DNA of 64,000 bases from Macrostomum lignano. Lineage: Eukaryota. Position 1 is the first letter of the stretch. The number at the start of each line of letters is the position of its first letter. Below the pieces are notes generated by a model. The model was not told the origin of the DNA, did no database searches, and worked only from the letters and a program-made list of their open reading frames with translations. Where the stretch lies: contig NIVC01000528.1 in the NCBI GenBank assembly GCA_002269645.1, positions 1-64,000 on the forward strand, written 5' to 3'. A program made the position numbers and the translations under genes. Below are positions 37,030 to 48,362 of this stretch, piece after piece.

Positions 37030-38623
37030 GCAGAGGCTGAGGCGGGGGAAGTAATTAAAACATTCGTCCGATTCTCAGGATGTTTTCGGCTCTCGGAGTT
37101 GGATTAAGCGAGTTGAGTACAGTTGAGAACGGATAAGGCCTTCGAATCAACTGAGCCGGTTTGTGGCACACTGGCGATTTCCTGTTCAGTTGCCTGTGCT
37201 CCTCGCTACCCTTTGTACCTGTCAACTGTCGCTCATTCCTCAAAGTTGCCTACTTGTCTTGGGTTGAGAAGGCTATATTCGAACTATGGCTCTACTCAAG
37301 TATCCCGTCTGTTTAAACGCGTATTGAGCATAGAGCTGTCTGATCTGTTTTGCTTGCAATGCTTCGTTAAAATAAAGAGCAGGTTTTTTCTCAACCCGGC
37401 CCAACTCAGACCTGAGATTTTCATTTGTCCGTCATGGTTTTGTCACCTGGTTTTGCACGTGCAGGTGAGGCCCCTCTTTTCACTCGCCACAATTTTCATT
37501 CTGGTTTGACATTTTTTAAGTGTTTTATTTTTCTATTGCTTGCCAGTGCGGCTGAAAGCGGAACTCCAGTCGAAGGTGTTGTTCTTAACCCAGTTAAAAT
37601 TTATTCATTCAAAGTAGCTCGACAGACTTCTAAAATCATTCGCTGCTCGAATTTGCGATGCATTCGGCTCGGGGCAAATTCGCGTAAAAATAAAATATTC
37701 TGCGAAAACCCAGCGAATTTTTCGTCTAAATCCTTTTTAAAATCTAAATAATGGTTTCGAGATTTTGGGGTTTGCATTTGCCGAGGAAGTTGGTGAACGT
37801 CTAAGGTAGAAAATTTAGACGAATTTCTCCTTAATTAAGTAACCAGAGCTAAACGTTGCCCGCTGAGCCAGTCTTATAACTTCAAAGACTGTGCGGCACG
37901 AAAATTTTGCTCAAAAATCGATCAGATATCTTATCAATCACCTGCATGGCTGAGGTGCTCAAGGTGGGAAAAGCCTCAGCCAGATCACGCACCGAAAAAG
38001 TTGAAAAGTTTCTCTTGAGTTTGTCGATCAGCAGCTCATCTGTCTGAGCGCGAGTCTCCGCGTGTGCCACCCTCCCCTTCCCACTTGACAACGAAGATGC
38101 CGGTTTCGCCACTTCACATCTTGCCAGCGCCTTGTGCGACAATTCATTTTGACCTAATTATAATGGCTTCAAGGTCGGATCTTCGTATCTCGTACGTAAC
38201 TTGACCATGAGAATATGCAAATTAACACAACTGGTTAGAAGGTCGCCAAAACAGGGCCTCTGTGCATTGCTTCAGGTACCGAAAGCCACTTTTGTAAGGC
38301 TTTTACTTTTTAGGTATACCTTCATTTAACTGCCGAAGATTTAGGTTAGGTTTAGAGTTAGGAACAGTCAAATGTCACTTGCAATGAAATATCAATGACA
38401 GTCAAATGCCACGTCAAATCTTCAGAGAAAAAAAATTATTTGAGTTGGAAATCAAATAATTTTAAGAGAAATTGACGCATTGACTTTGGTCAGCAGCGAT
38501 CCATAAGCAGAAATATATCTAAAATATACTGTATCGAGCGGGCAATTACATATTTCTCTACGTCCTGATAACACCATTAAAACTCTGGTCGTCCTTGAGA
38601 CAAGCGTAGGGGAAGAGCAGAGA

Positions 38624-38766
38624 GCAGCTCAGCGGTGAACGCACCCGACTCCACGACCCCCCCCCCTAGTTCGATTCCGTGCGTTGTCTTTCGGGAGGTT
38701 TTCGTGCGATTTATACTTATGAGGGTCAAGCCCCTAAGGTACGAGTGTACATGTTTAACGATTAGC
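38624..38766 (+). mobile_element. Second tRNA-SINE family: different head, shared core
   Basis: AGCTCAGCGG (A box) near 38626, GTTCGATTCC (B box) at 38669-38678, core GAGGGTCAAGCCCCTAAGG..GTGTACATG at 38721-38753. Confidence 0.6.
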
Positions 38767-39268
38767 GTCTACAAGCATTGGTCACCCTGCACACCGTCTA
38801 CAAGCATTGGTCACCCTGCACACCGTCTACAAGCATTGGTCACCCTGCACACCGTCTACAAGCATTGGTCACCCTGCACACCGTCTACAAGCATTGGTCA
38901 CCCTGCACACCGTCTACAAGCATTGGTCACCCTGCACACCGTCTACAAGCATTGGTCACCCTGCACACCGTCTACAAGCATTGGTCACCCTGCACACCGT
39001 CTACAAGCATTGGTCACCCTGCACACCGTCTACAAGCATTGGTCACCCTGCACACCGTCTACAAGCATTGGTCACCCTGCACACCGTCTACAAGCATTGG
39101 TCACCCTGCACACCGTCTACAAGCATTGGTCACCCTGCACACCGTCTACAAGCATTGGTCACCCTGCACACCGTCTACAAGCATTGGTCACCCTGCACAC
39201 CGTCTACAAGCATTGGTCACCCTGCACACCGTCTACAAGCATTGGTCATCCTGCACACCGTCTACAAG
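38767..39268. repeat. 29-bp minisatellite (GTCTACAAGCATTGGTCACCCTGCACACC), 17 copies plus a partial
   Basis: (39260-38767)/29 = 17; almost invariant. Confidence 0.98.
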
Positions 39269-39843
39269 TATCGGCCCTCTTTAAAATAACGGGTTTCAGT
39301 TGGATCCAGATTTGCCCCATCAGCCTTTTACTCAAGCTTATTTTTGTGTGACCTTTTTGCATTCTCAAAACGAAATACGCGCTGCATCGGGCGTCTCCGC
39401 AGACCTGCCTCAGCGGAAGATTCTGCCAAACTGCAGAGCCTATTTGTAGAGATAAGCTGGGCCGCTGCAGCAGCTACTTGCGACCGAGCAAATCACTCTG
39501 GGGGGTTTTATGGAGCAAACACACAATTTCAATAGCTGACAATGTCTTGCAGCCTTTATAGCACACTCGAGCGCAGCGGGGGCGGCTCTCTTTGAGTTTC
39601 AATTACTATTTTTGTTTCTGTTATATTACATAGCGGGCAGGGCTTGTCTCGCCCTAATTGTCGCTATCCATTGTGTGAAAGAGACTTAAGCAGCAAAGAA
39701 GACACTGTTGGTATCTGGGCGCAGGCGGTGGCTGCGTGTGCTACCCTCTTGCCGGTATATACGCTCGGATCGCATCACGCCACACTTAGTTTTTAGCACT
39801 ACAGCAATACCAAAATTCGTTGTGTCAGCTGGTAGCACAAAAA

Positions 39844-40870
39844 ATGCCCGGCAAAAATTTTTTAACGGTGAATAGCCGGCTCGAGCAGGCGTACCAGCTG
39901 CAGCTAGGCAGCCTCCATCGGCAGCACGTGACCGCCATGGCTGACTGGGAGAACGAGCGCCTCAACACCTCCCGGCTGCTGAAGTCGATTCGACGCTGCT
40001 CATCGGATGAGGAGCCCCTGTCTGTCAAGTGAGGCCCAAGCCTGCTCCTCTGAGCTATACTGTAATGGGTCTTTATGGCCGTGGGGTCAGCGCATTCGCG
40101 GCCAGCGCTCCAAGTTAGACAAGCAGGGTCGGTCACGGTTAACTGCACAGCTAAAAGGGGCTGCGTCAAATCCTAGCCCCCATTCAGAGTAGAAGCTCCG
40201 AGCTGGATGATCACTAAGATGCTTTGTGTTCATCTTCTGTCTAAGCCTGTTACTCCGACACTCGTTCCAATTACCTTAGGTAGTCTCGCAATACCCCGCA
40301 ATATCTCGCAATGTCGTAAGACTGACAAAATATTTTCATTTCATCAGATTTTTAGGCCCGCCGACTCGAAAGAGGGCACCGAGGAAGGCTCAGGAGAGGC
40401 AGAAGCCGCTGCCGCCCCAGAATTCCGCAGCAGGCCTGCAAGCTCCCGAGACGGTAGACAGGCCGAAACCCCTGACAGCAAACCGGTTGCAACAGCCGCA
40501 AAAACCAAGCGGTTCAACTCCGCGTTACGTGGAGCGATCGAAGACCTTTGCTGCTGCCACCACAGCCGCAAAGGCGCCTGCTGCGTCAACTTCTGCAGCA
40601 GCTCCTGGAGGCAGGCGGCGCCAGCGAACACCTCTGCCGACTAAGCTAGAGCGATTCTACACAAACCTGGGCGAGACCAAATCCAGCTGCGGTCTGACCG
40701 TGGTTGACGCCACTCAGACTGAGGGCTTCTTGCGAGGCTCCTACACTTTGTCGAAGGCCGACTGGCTCGAGAAGCTGGCTAGGATAGATCCAGAGTTCTT
40801 CAAGAATGTTCAGAACACCGGGGACGATGCCAGTAGCAGTGCGGACGAGGAGGAAGCAGAAGACAGCTGA
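39844..40870 (+). CDS. Two-exon protein of unknown function, 235 aa (39844-40028, 40348-40870)
   Basis: ATG 39844; donor AA|GTGAGG; acceptor CATCAG|A restores one open frame ending ...LEKLARIDPEFFKNVQNTGDDASSSADEEEAEDS*; AATAAA at 40932. No family recognised. Confidence 0.65.
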
Positions 40871-41421
40871 CTTCTCGCTTGAGCTGGGAATCTGTTTCAC
40901 AAACTGCCACTAATATGGTACGCGTAGAAAGAATAAATAATTAGTATGGTATGTAAAGGACTGCCGACTAATGACGTAGGGCTAAAACTTTAATGACACT
41001 GATTTATAAAGGCTCTCGTTTCCGTATTTCCACATTGTGTCATCAGTTAGTGAAGAATGACCTAATCTTTCCCACTTTTTAGCTGTTGTCATGTGATCCA
41101 TTTCGCTTCCTGTACATATTATACACAAATACATTTGTTACTCTGCAAAAAATGTCAACATTTTTGTAACAGTTAGTCAAAGCCGATCAACAGAAACCCA
41201 GTCATACTAAAAGCTCCTGCCTCGAAGAATTTTTATCTTTGTTTGTTAGTTCACATCTGCTTTCTCTTACTAAAAGTAGTATTCTGTGGTTTCTATAGCT
41301 ATAGTGTGACAAATTTTGCGTGAAATTGCACAGTAAACTGAAATAAAGTGCAATAAGCAATCAGAATTAGTTCAGTCAATAAAATTTCTGATTTCCGGGT
41401 CTGGGTTCCCACATTGGGGCT

Positions 41422-43215
41422 CTACACCTTGCTGTCTGCAGAGCTGCTGCAGTCCTGGCCGATGCTATCAGCAGCCAGACTACCGACCGATGTTGTCGTA
41501 GACCATGTCTCCTGCCTTTGATCAGCAGTTCTGGCGGCGCAAGAGCCTCGAAGTCCAATGTCGATGAGGTTGTACAGCAGCTCAAGCAGTTCGAACAGCG
41601 TCAGCAGTGAACAGCCGAGGAACAGTCCCAGGATTCCGCCAACGTCGGACACAAATTCTAAGAAAGAGTATGATCGAGACATGATCACAGTAGGGCCCAT
41701 GATTTTTCCGGTGCGAATTGTCACCTTGGTGATGACCCGAGAGGCGTAGGATTCCAGCATGGCCTTGCCGGCCGCTGTGACGTTCGATTCGATCGCGGTG
41801 AACATCGCGGCCAAAATGGTGTATGCTGGAAACGGTAGATCGCGCATCGCGAGCATTTTCTCCTGAGCAATTCGGAGGAAGATCCGGTGAAGCACCGTAT
41901 CCTGGATTCCATTGAAAGTCGGCCACTTGCTAGAGTAGGCCCTGGCGTTGTAAATCAGCTTCGAGCAGGGCCTGCGCCGGTTGCACACGGACTGGACGTG
42001 GTTGAGGTCGTAGGGGAAATTTCCACCGCGCATTGCTCGACTGGTCTGAAGGAAGGCGGCTCGCTTTGCCGAGGAGGCACCGCGTCCAAGGTACTCGGAG
42101 GCGTCAAAGCAGCGGCTGAGGTTGCTGAACTCCGCCAGCCAGGGGGCAGCGTTGTCGATGCAGGAGGCATTCTGAAAGCGCAGGCGCTCTTTAAACTCGA
42201 TCCAACAGAAGTCGTCGTTGTATTCGTAGAGGTCCGCCTGCATGCTGTACGGGTCTATCACAGAGACTTTGGGTGGCTTTTCAGTGCAGGGAATCCCGTC
42301 TTTCATGATTTCCAAACTCATGTCTGTTAGCACTTGGTAGTCTCTGCCAGGCTCCAGGTAAATATGAGCCGCGTTGTCAGTGGGATAGTGACCCGGCGCC
42401 ACTAAGCTTAACCGCATTGAGGCGCCGCTTCTGTAAGCCATGCCGCTCTGAATGTCCCAGATTGGGAACTTCACACCGCCCGATATGTTCGCGTATGGCA
42501 CGGATTTCAGCAGCTCATTTGTAGGGTAGGTCCCGTTGATAGCCGAGTCATAGAACAGGTAGAGGGTGAAGAAGTTCCACGAGTCTTTCATGAAATTGCG
42601 ACGCTCTTTCTTTAGGTTGATGAAAATGCAATTCAGAAGGGCCGGGCTGTGGAACCTGATCAACGAACCTGTCTTGTTAATGGAAACCTCCTGCTCAACT
42701 TCATCTGAGAAGATGTCATTGTACAGAGTCTGCTGAGCCTGGTGTCCGAACGCATCACTGAGCAGTCTGTATGGCATGGTGCTCAACAGTATGCGAATGA
42801 AAGTTTCCGCATCTCCGTCGTTTTTCGGGGTAAAATTGAAAGTCCTGGCAATCCCGTCGATATAGCTGTTCACCAGCAGAGCGGTGGCATTGTCTATGAA
42901 GTTTCCGTAGCTTCCAGATATAATTGGCTGTGGGCAGATGTACAAGTCTGGAAAAACCATGCCGATGGAGTCCTCCTGTATAGTTGTGGTCTCAGGCAGC
43001 TGCAGCAGCTTTAAGATGAAGCCGCGAGCCTGCAAGCTGAAGATGGTAGCCATGGCCAGGAACAGCACTAGCCAGGTGAGCTTCACGTAAACTGGCCGGT
43101 TGCCGACCAGGCGAGACAGGCCGTGGGTGCTTGTCTCTGCTGCCGACGCGCAGATGACATCGATAATCGACTTCGATGCCGGTTTCTTTTCATCCGTGCC
43201 GTCTTTCAAAGCCAT
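41422..43215 (-). CDS. DEG/ENaC (amiloride-sensitive, ASIC/FaNaC-like superfamily) channel subunit, intronless, 597 aa
   Basis: Pre-TM1 ETSTHGLSRL (HG motif), TM1 KLTWLVLFLAMATIFSLQ, FPDLYICP, YSSKWP, TM2 FVSDVGGILGLFLGCSLLTLFELLE (G-x-S filter). Confidence 0.92.
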   Translation of the reverse strand: MALKDGTDEKKPASKSIIDVICASAAETSTHGLSRLVGNRPVYVKLTWLVLFLAMATIFSLQARGFILKLLQLPETTTIQEDSIGMVFPDLYICPQPIISGSYGNFIDNATALLVNSYIDGIARTFNFTPKNDGDAETFIRILLSTMPYRLLSDAFGHQAQQTLYNDIFSDEVEQEVSINKTGSLIRFHSPALLNCIFINLKKERRNFMKDSWNFFTLYLFYDSAINGTYPTNELLKSVPYANISGGVKFPIWDIQSGMAYRSGASMRLSLVAPGHYPTDNAAHIYLEPGRDYQVLTDMSLEIMKDGIPCTEKPPKVSVIDPYSMQADLYEYNDDFCWIEFKERLRFQNASCIDNAAPWLAEFSNLSRCFDASEYLGRGASSAKRAAFLQTSRAMRGGNFPYDLNHVQSVCNRRRPCSKLIYNARAYSSKWPTFNGIQDTVLHRIFLRIAQEKMLAMRDLPFPAYTILAAMFTAIESNVTAAGKAMLESYASRVITKVTIRTGKIMGPTVIMSRSYSFLEFVSDVGGILGLFLGCSLLTLFELLELLYNLIDIGLRGSCAARTADQRQETWSTTTSVGSLAADSIGQDCSSSADSKV

Positions 43216-43936
43216 TCAGAAAATGTTTTAGCAGATGAAAAGTTGGACTTCCATTTCATGGAGCCGAAAAATTCCATGCATGTGGCCTTCCCATTTTTAA
43301 GTCAATATATTCTTCGCAAACCTTGCATCTCTCACCCAGCTTCTTATGCGCAATTAAAGTTGCTGCATGAACGTACGTGTACCTGCTTCTTTAACACCTG
43401 CCTGACAGGGCTAAACCAGTCAGGACGGGTTGCTGAAACTTTCCCATGCATGCAACAGCTGCAAATAGTTCCCAATTGAGACCCATTGTTCTCTGGGGGA
43501 GGGGGGAAATTTTCCAGACAATTCCACTCCTCATGCCGATGCCAATCTATGCGGGTTTAGTTAAGCTGCACGTATATATAAGCTGCTTTTCTGTCTCAAT
43601 TTACGAACAACTTGTAAAAGTGCTTTTATTGACAGAGGCCGGCCTATATAGCTCTCAGATATACCTGGTATTAAATAAAAATAAAATTCTGTTACATGTA
43701 TATTTAACATGTGTACAATGTAGCCATGGCACCACACGCATGCATGTGTACATGCACATGCATATGTGTGATGAGGACGCACTTTTTTTCCAAATGTTAC
43801 GCTCGCACATGGGCTCCAAACTACATAGCCTACTAACAGTAGGCTATGGGGTATTTTTCCCTCTTTATGTAAATTTTCATAGAATTCATACACATGATTT
43901 TGCCATACAAGTAGTTATAATAACATACGACCTCGT

Positions 43937-44315
43937 AGGTGCGGCTTTTGGGTCATAAATCATCGCTTTTGAGGCTGGTCTGACAGCCACCTGCGCCCCA
44001 CTCAGGGCTGGGACTGGCGCCAGATGGTCTGAGAGGATGTGGCGGTAGCTTTTTTCTCATCATTTTGACAGGCCATCAAGATTTATGAGATCAGGGCCGA
44101 TTGTTAGTGGTCACTCAAGCGTGTGACAGCCTTGACAGTGCGTTTTACCCCTAAAAGTACGTTGGGATTAGAGATTAGCGATTTCTCTTCATCATCTTCA
44201 CTTTCTACTTAATAAGAGCTTTTTAATGTATATTTTTTTCATTAATGTTTGTCAATCCTACGCGAAAGGTCATAAATCATTATGTAGCGATTTTGAGTGA
44301 TTTATGACCGCACCT
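43937..44315. mobile_element. MITE-like element with imperfect TIRs
   Basis: Left AGGTGCGG(CTTTTGG)GTCATAAATCA versus right TGATTTATGACCGCACCT (44298-44315); no clear TSD. Confidence 0.5.
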
Positions 44316-44379
44316 GTTGTATTTTTATGGCCCCGAAGGAAGTGATAGGATCTCTTGGTCACGTGAGTTTGGGTGGCAT

Positions 44380-44425
44380 CAAGCTTAGCCAATCAGAAAA
44401 TTCGACGCTCATTTTAACAAATCGG
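44380..44425 (+). promoter_or_regulatory. Tandem CCAAT boxes (AGCCAATCAGAA x2)
   Basis: Two identical 12-mers about 23 nt apart; target transcript unknown. Confidence 0.35.
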
Positions 44426-44521
44426 CTCAGCCAATCAGAATCGAGGTGTTTCCATTATAACAAATTGCGGTCCAGTTGGCGGCTATTTAGACCGGTGTTT
44501 TTGGCCCGCTCGGACCTCAAC

Positions 44522-44561
44522 CAAGGACTACTTAAGAACTTAAGTTCTTAAGTAGTCCTTG
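44522..44561. mobile_element. 40-bp perfect palindrome (fused TIRs) with 8-bp TSD
   Basis: CAAGGACTACTTAAGAACTT|AAGTTCTTAAGTAGTCCTTG flanked by ACCTCAAC at 44514-44521 and 44562-44569. Confidence 0.85.
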
Positions 44562-47393
44562 ACCTCAACCTCCTGGGACCTAGCTTTGACCTCCCGGAGC
44601 CCGACCGTCGTCTCTTGATCTCCGGATCGCAACTCCCCCCATCACCATCAAGGACGAATTCCCACGGTCGTCAGCAGCGAACATCAAAGTTGAGAGCATC
44701 ATCTGCTAGCTATCTGCAAAGATTGTGACATCAGCATCATCCCGGGCCTACAGCTGCGAAGCACTAAGCCGATTCGGTCACTGTGGATTACCTTGGTCTC
44801 TGGCTGTTGAGTTCCTGATTTTTGGGTGAGAGGCTACCTAGACTTGCTTGATTGGGTGATCCCTTATCTGTCCCCTATTTCAGTAGCTGGCTTAGGCGCA
44901 CACATTTGCTCATTTTGTTCAGCAGTGCTGTTATTGAGGCAGAAATCATTCAATGATACTGCTAGTAGTCCGAAAGTAGTCCAATTCAATCTGAAGTGTG
45001 AAGTGATTTAAGGAGAAGGTTAAATCTGACAGTTATTTTTATCGGTTTTATTTCTTTGTTCGCCGATGGCTCAGATGAGTAGCTAAGCTAGTAGGCGCCG
45101 GTCACAGTGGACCAATGGCAAGCTGGCAGTTCTCAGTCGATCAATCTATCAAATCAGTGAGCAAAACTGCCAACAGTGCAAAATCGGCGCTAGAGATGTA
45201 CTCTGTGCACTCTAGATTCGCCAAGCGGCTCGGGTAATGAATCATGCGGTCTCTGAAGTTCGAGATAGCCTATCATAAGCGCTACGAGAGGCTGGTTGGC
45301 GCGTTGAAGGCCAAAAGTACAATTCCTCGTATTTAGCAATGCAATAGTACATGTAGCTACCCTATAGGCTCGCCACCGCAAGAATCCCCTGCACAAGCCC
45401 CCTCTGTACCTGCATGGCCAATGCGATCAAATCCCAGCAGTGTCCCTTATCATCGGCTATGATTTCGAGATTGACAGCAAAAGACACTAGTTGGCAGGTA
45501 AGTGCTAAGCCCCCTCTAGTCGGAAGCCCGATTTCAAAAGTTCCGGTTTGGTGAGCCAGGACACACGGGCTGGTGGCAGCGGGTTAGTTAATCTGCGGAT
45601 TAGCTGATCTCTACCTTCAAAATTCTCGCTGCTTGTCTCTCTCTGTCCCTCTCTTAGCTATAGGACCTAGACTGCTCGCCACACGATCAAGCTACCATGG
45701 GACTTACCATCTGATAGGAGTGGGGGGCCAGGACTCTAATTGATTTATTTCTGAGACCTGAGGCCCGAAGGCTTTCCGAAAGGGGCCGAAAAGGCCGAAA
45801 CCCATCATGTGTATAAAATTGTAGCTAGTACCATATACTCGTACATGTACATGTGGCGTAATGTGTACATTGTACAGTAGCTAGTATACATAAAGTAAAT
45901 TATCCGACTATCAGAGTTATAACTAGTAGTGTTGTTTTTTCAATCTTCAGTAATAGTACATGTATATATAGTAATCGTATGCTAAGTATACATGTACATG
46001 TGCCGAGCAAGCTATACTCGTAGGCCGTACTTCATGATGACTGCCCATCGAATAGCACTCTAAAAGCTTCAAGCTTTCGCATCTTTACTTCACATCCTAA
46101 AAGAAACGCGATCTATATACTATTTGCACTATTGATTGTGTTCTCTATAACACTCGTAAGTAGCTTAAAGCCTATTCGAAGTTTAAAATGGGGGTTGCAG
46201 TTGATGCAAGGGAGTGCAGACAAAAAGAGAAGTTCATCGATCATGTTTTACGTAGCGTGGATGTGGAGATAGGAATTTTGGGTAGGTTTGATTTCAACAC
46301 AATTCATTTATTAGTTACATATCTGAACTGCGAAAATAACCCGAAAATATTAGTTTAACTTGCTTACCTGAACATCTGCACGTCGTTCGACCATTTTTGT
46401 TGTACATAGTGTGTCATGCATGAAAATTTATGAACCTGACGAATTCTTTACAATAATTTCTTATCCAGACCAACCCTCCCTATGACTACCCTTAGGTTTC
46501 CAATTCTTTTAATTTTTTTATTTCAGAACTACTCGTAAGCATAGGTTTGGACGAACCCTCGATCGGCCCGCATAGAAAATGAAAGCCATATTCCTAGTTT
46601 GAAATCACTCTATTCTTCCATGTTAGCCAGCCAACAGATAAGTCGGAAGACATTCCTAGTTAAAGTAGGAAGACGGAAGAATTGTTTAATTTAATGAGCG
46701 TCGCGGAAATTTAGGAGTTATGTCCGAGTTTATCTACTGCGGTTAGTAGTGCGCAAAGTTTTTTGCCGTAGTAGTGAATTCATATTTCAACTCGAATTTC
46801 ATATTTAGAAGCCCTGACGCCAAATCTCAGCCGTTTTTGCCCGCCGTAGCAACGCTAGCTCTCACACTATTAAATTTAACAAAAGTACATAACTCTTATC
46901 ACGGATACGAGTCTGTTTAATGACGAAAACGTAGAATTTTTCTTAATTTTTACACGGTCTCCAATCTCGATTATTTCTTTATTTAATTTTAACCATAATG
47001 CAAGAAAAATGAACAGTGAGCGGTTGGAGATGCGCGTGGGAAAGAGCGAATGCGTGAATGTATTCACAATATGTCTATAAGTAGAAACTGAAGAAAATAA
47101 GAAATAAAAAAGCAGCGTGTTTTTGGGAATCGCATTTATATCCAAATTTTTATGTTATAAGATTTTTTGCGAATGAATGCAGTTATCTGACACACTTAGC
47201 TTCTAGGGGGCGAGCAGCTCGTCGAGTAAGTCGCCGCGGACAGCTAGCGTCTTCGCCATTTCAAGCTGGGCCTCAGTACTGGCGGAGGATTGTCGATCAA
47301 TAGCGTACACAGGAGATACATTGAAAAATCGGCCTCCCATGAAATTTTCACCAATTCTGAGTCTTCCGCGTCCTTCTACTTAAGTAGTCCTTG

Positions 47394-48362
47394 CATATAG
47401 GAGCCGGAGTCGCATGTAAGAGCATCACGACCTGAAATATGATAATAAACAGCAAATATAAATGTGCCGTTGGACTTTAACTTTTATAAATGGCGAACCT
47501 TTAGTGCGCTTTCATTATTATAAAATTGCAAAACCTAAAACTTCAAATTATGATAATCATTTCTTTATATTTGCAAGGAAGTGACAGACATTGTTAATTA
47601 AGTTTGAAAAGCCTCCATACCTATTAGTTCGATTAGCAGCTCCTTAGTAACAAAGCTTGGTGGCTGCCGTAGCATCGATCGCAGCATTAGCCTGAATGGC
47701 GATGTCGAGTCGCTGTTTGTTTATTGTTACGGCCGGGAGCTCATCATCCAGATTACATGTACATGCCGCCTCATCGCCGTCCTGTCCAGTCGCGATGCCA
47801 TTTTGCTCCTCCATCAACCTGTCCTGTGGTTCAGCCTCAGGCGTGTTTTCTTGTGTAGCCTGTCCAACCGTCCTACCACCGTGACTCTGGGCGCTGCACA
47901 ATTCGATCAACTTATCGAGCTTTTTGTTCATCTGCTCCAGTCGCACGGTTGCCGATTGTCGGCGCCCCTAAAAAGTTAGGGAAAATTATAAAACAAAACA
48001 TAACACAAATACTGTACAGCTAATACCACATTTTCTAATCTATAGTTTTGCAAGCTAGCCGCCTACTGTAACAAATAAGTGCCAGACGCTGTCCAGCATA
48101 TCATTCTCACCGTCTCTATTCCCATGATTAGGAGGCAGTTCCTGATCAGCGCAAAGGTAGGCAAAGCAGGGACCATCAGAGTCCCGGGTTGTAAACTGCT
48201 CGAGGAGCGTCCGTCTACATGTACTTTCCTCCCGTAGCATAGACGTAGAGGAGCCTCTTCTTTGCTCGCTGCAGTAATGGCGCACAAGTCCTGTTCATTG
48301 ACGGCTTGCATCGCATTCTGAGCAAAGCGAACTACAAACCATTTGTTTAATTGATGCTCCAT
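47394..48362 (-). pseudogene. Decayed BEN-domain-like transposon accessory gene (copy C)
   Basis: MEHQLNKWFVVRF...V.EQDL...YGRK..TLLEQF, then a coiled coil RLEQMNKKLDKLIEL and a BEN-like start KQRLDIAIQAN...ATKL..FVTKELLIELIG. Frameshifts; interrupted at 47393 by a CAAGGACTACTTAAG terminus. Confidence 0.5.

Noticed and set aside
19513-39351. Many repeat-derived ORFs ([36 protein letters not shown])
   Set aside because: They coincide exactly with minisatellites or low-complexity tracts.
46660-47382. Kolobok-like TTAA element with imperfect TIRs (TTAA-AGTAGGAAGACGG / CCGCGTCCTTCTAC-TTAA)
   Set aside because: TIR match is loose, off by one base, and overlaps the CAAGGACTACTTAAG terminus; not supportable.
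44522-47393. One 2.9-kb element using the outer CAAGGACTACTTAAG ends
   Set aside because: Flanks differ (ACCTCAAC versus CATATAGG), and the 40-bp palindrome already has its own TSD.
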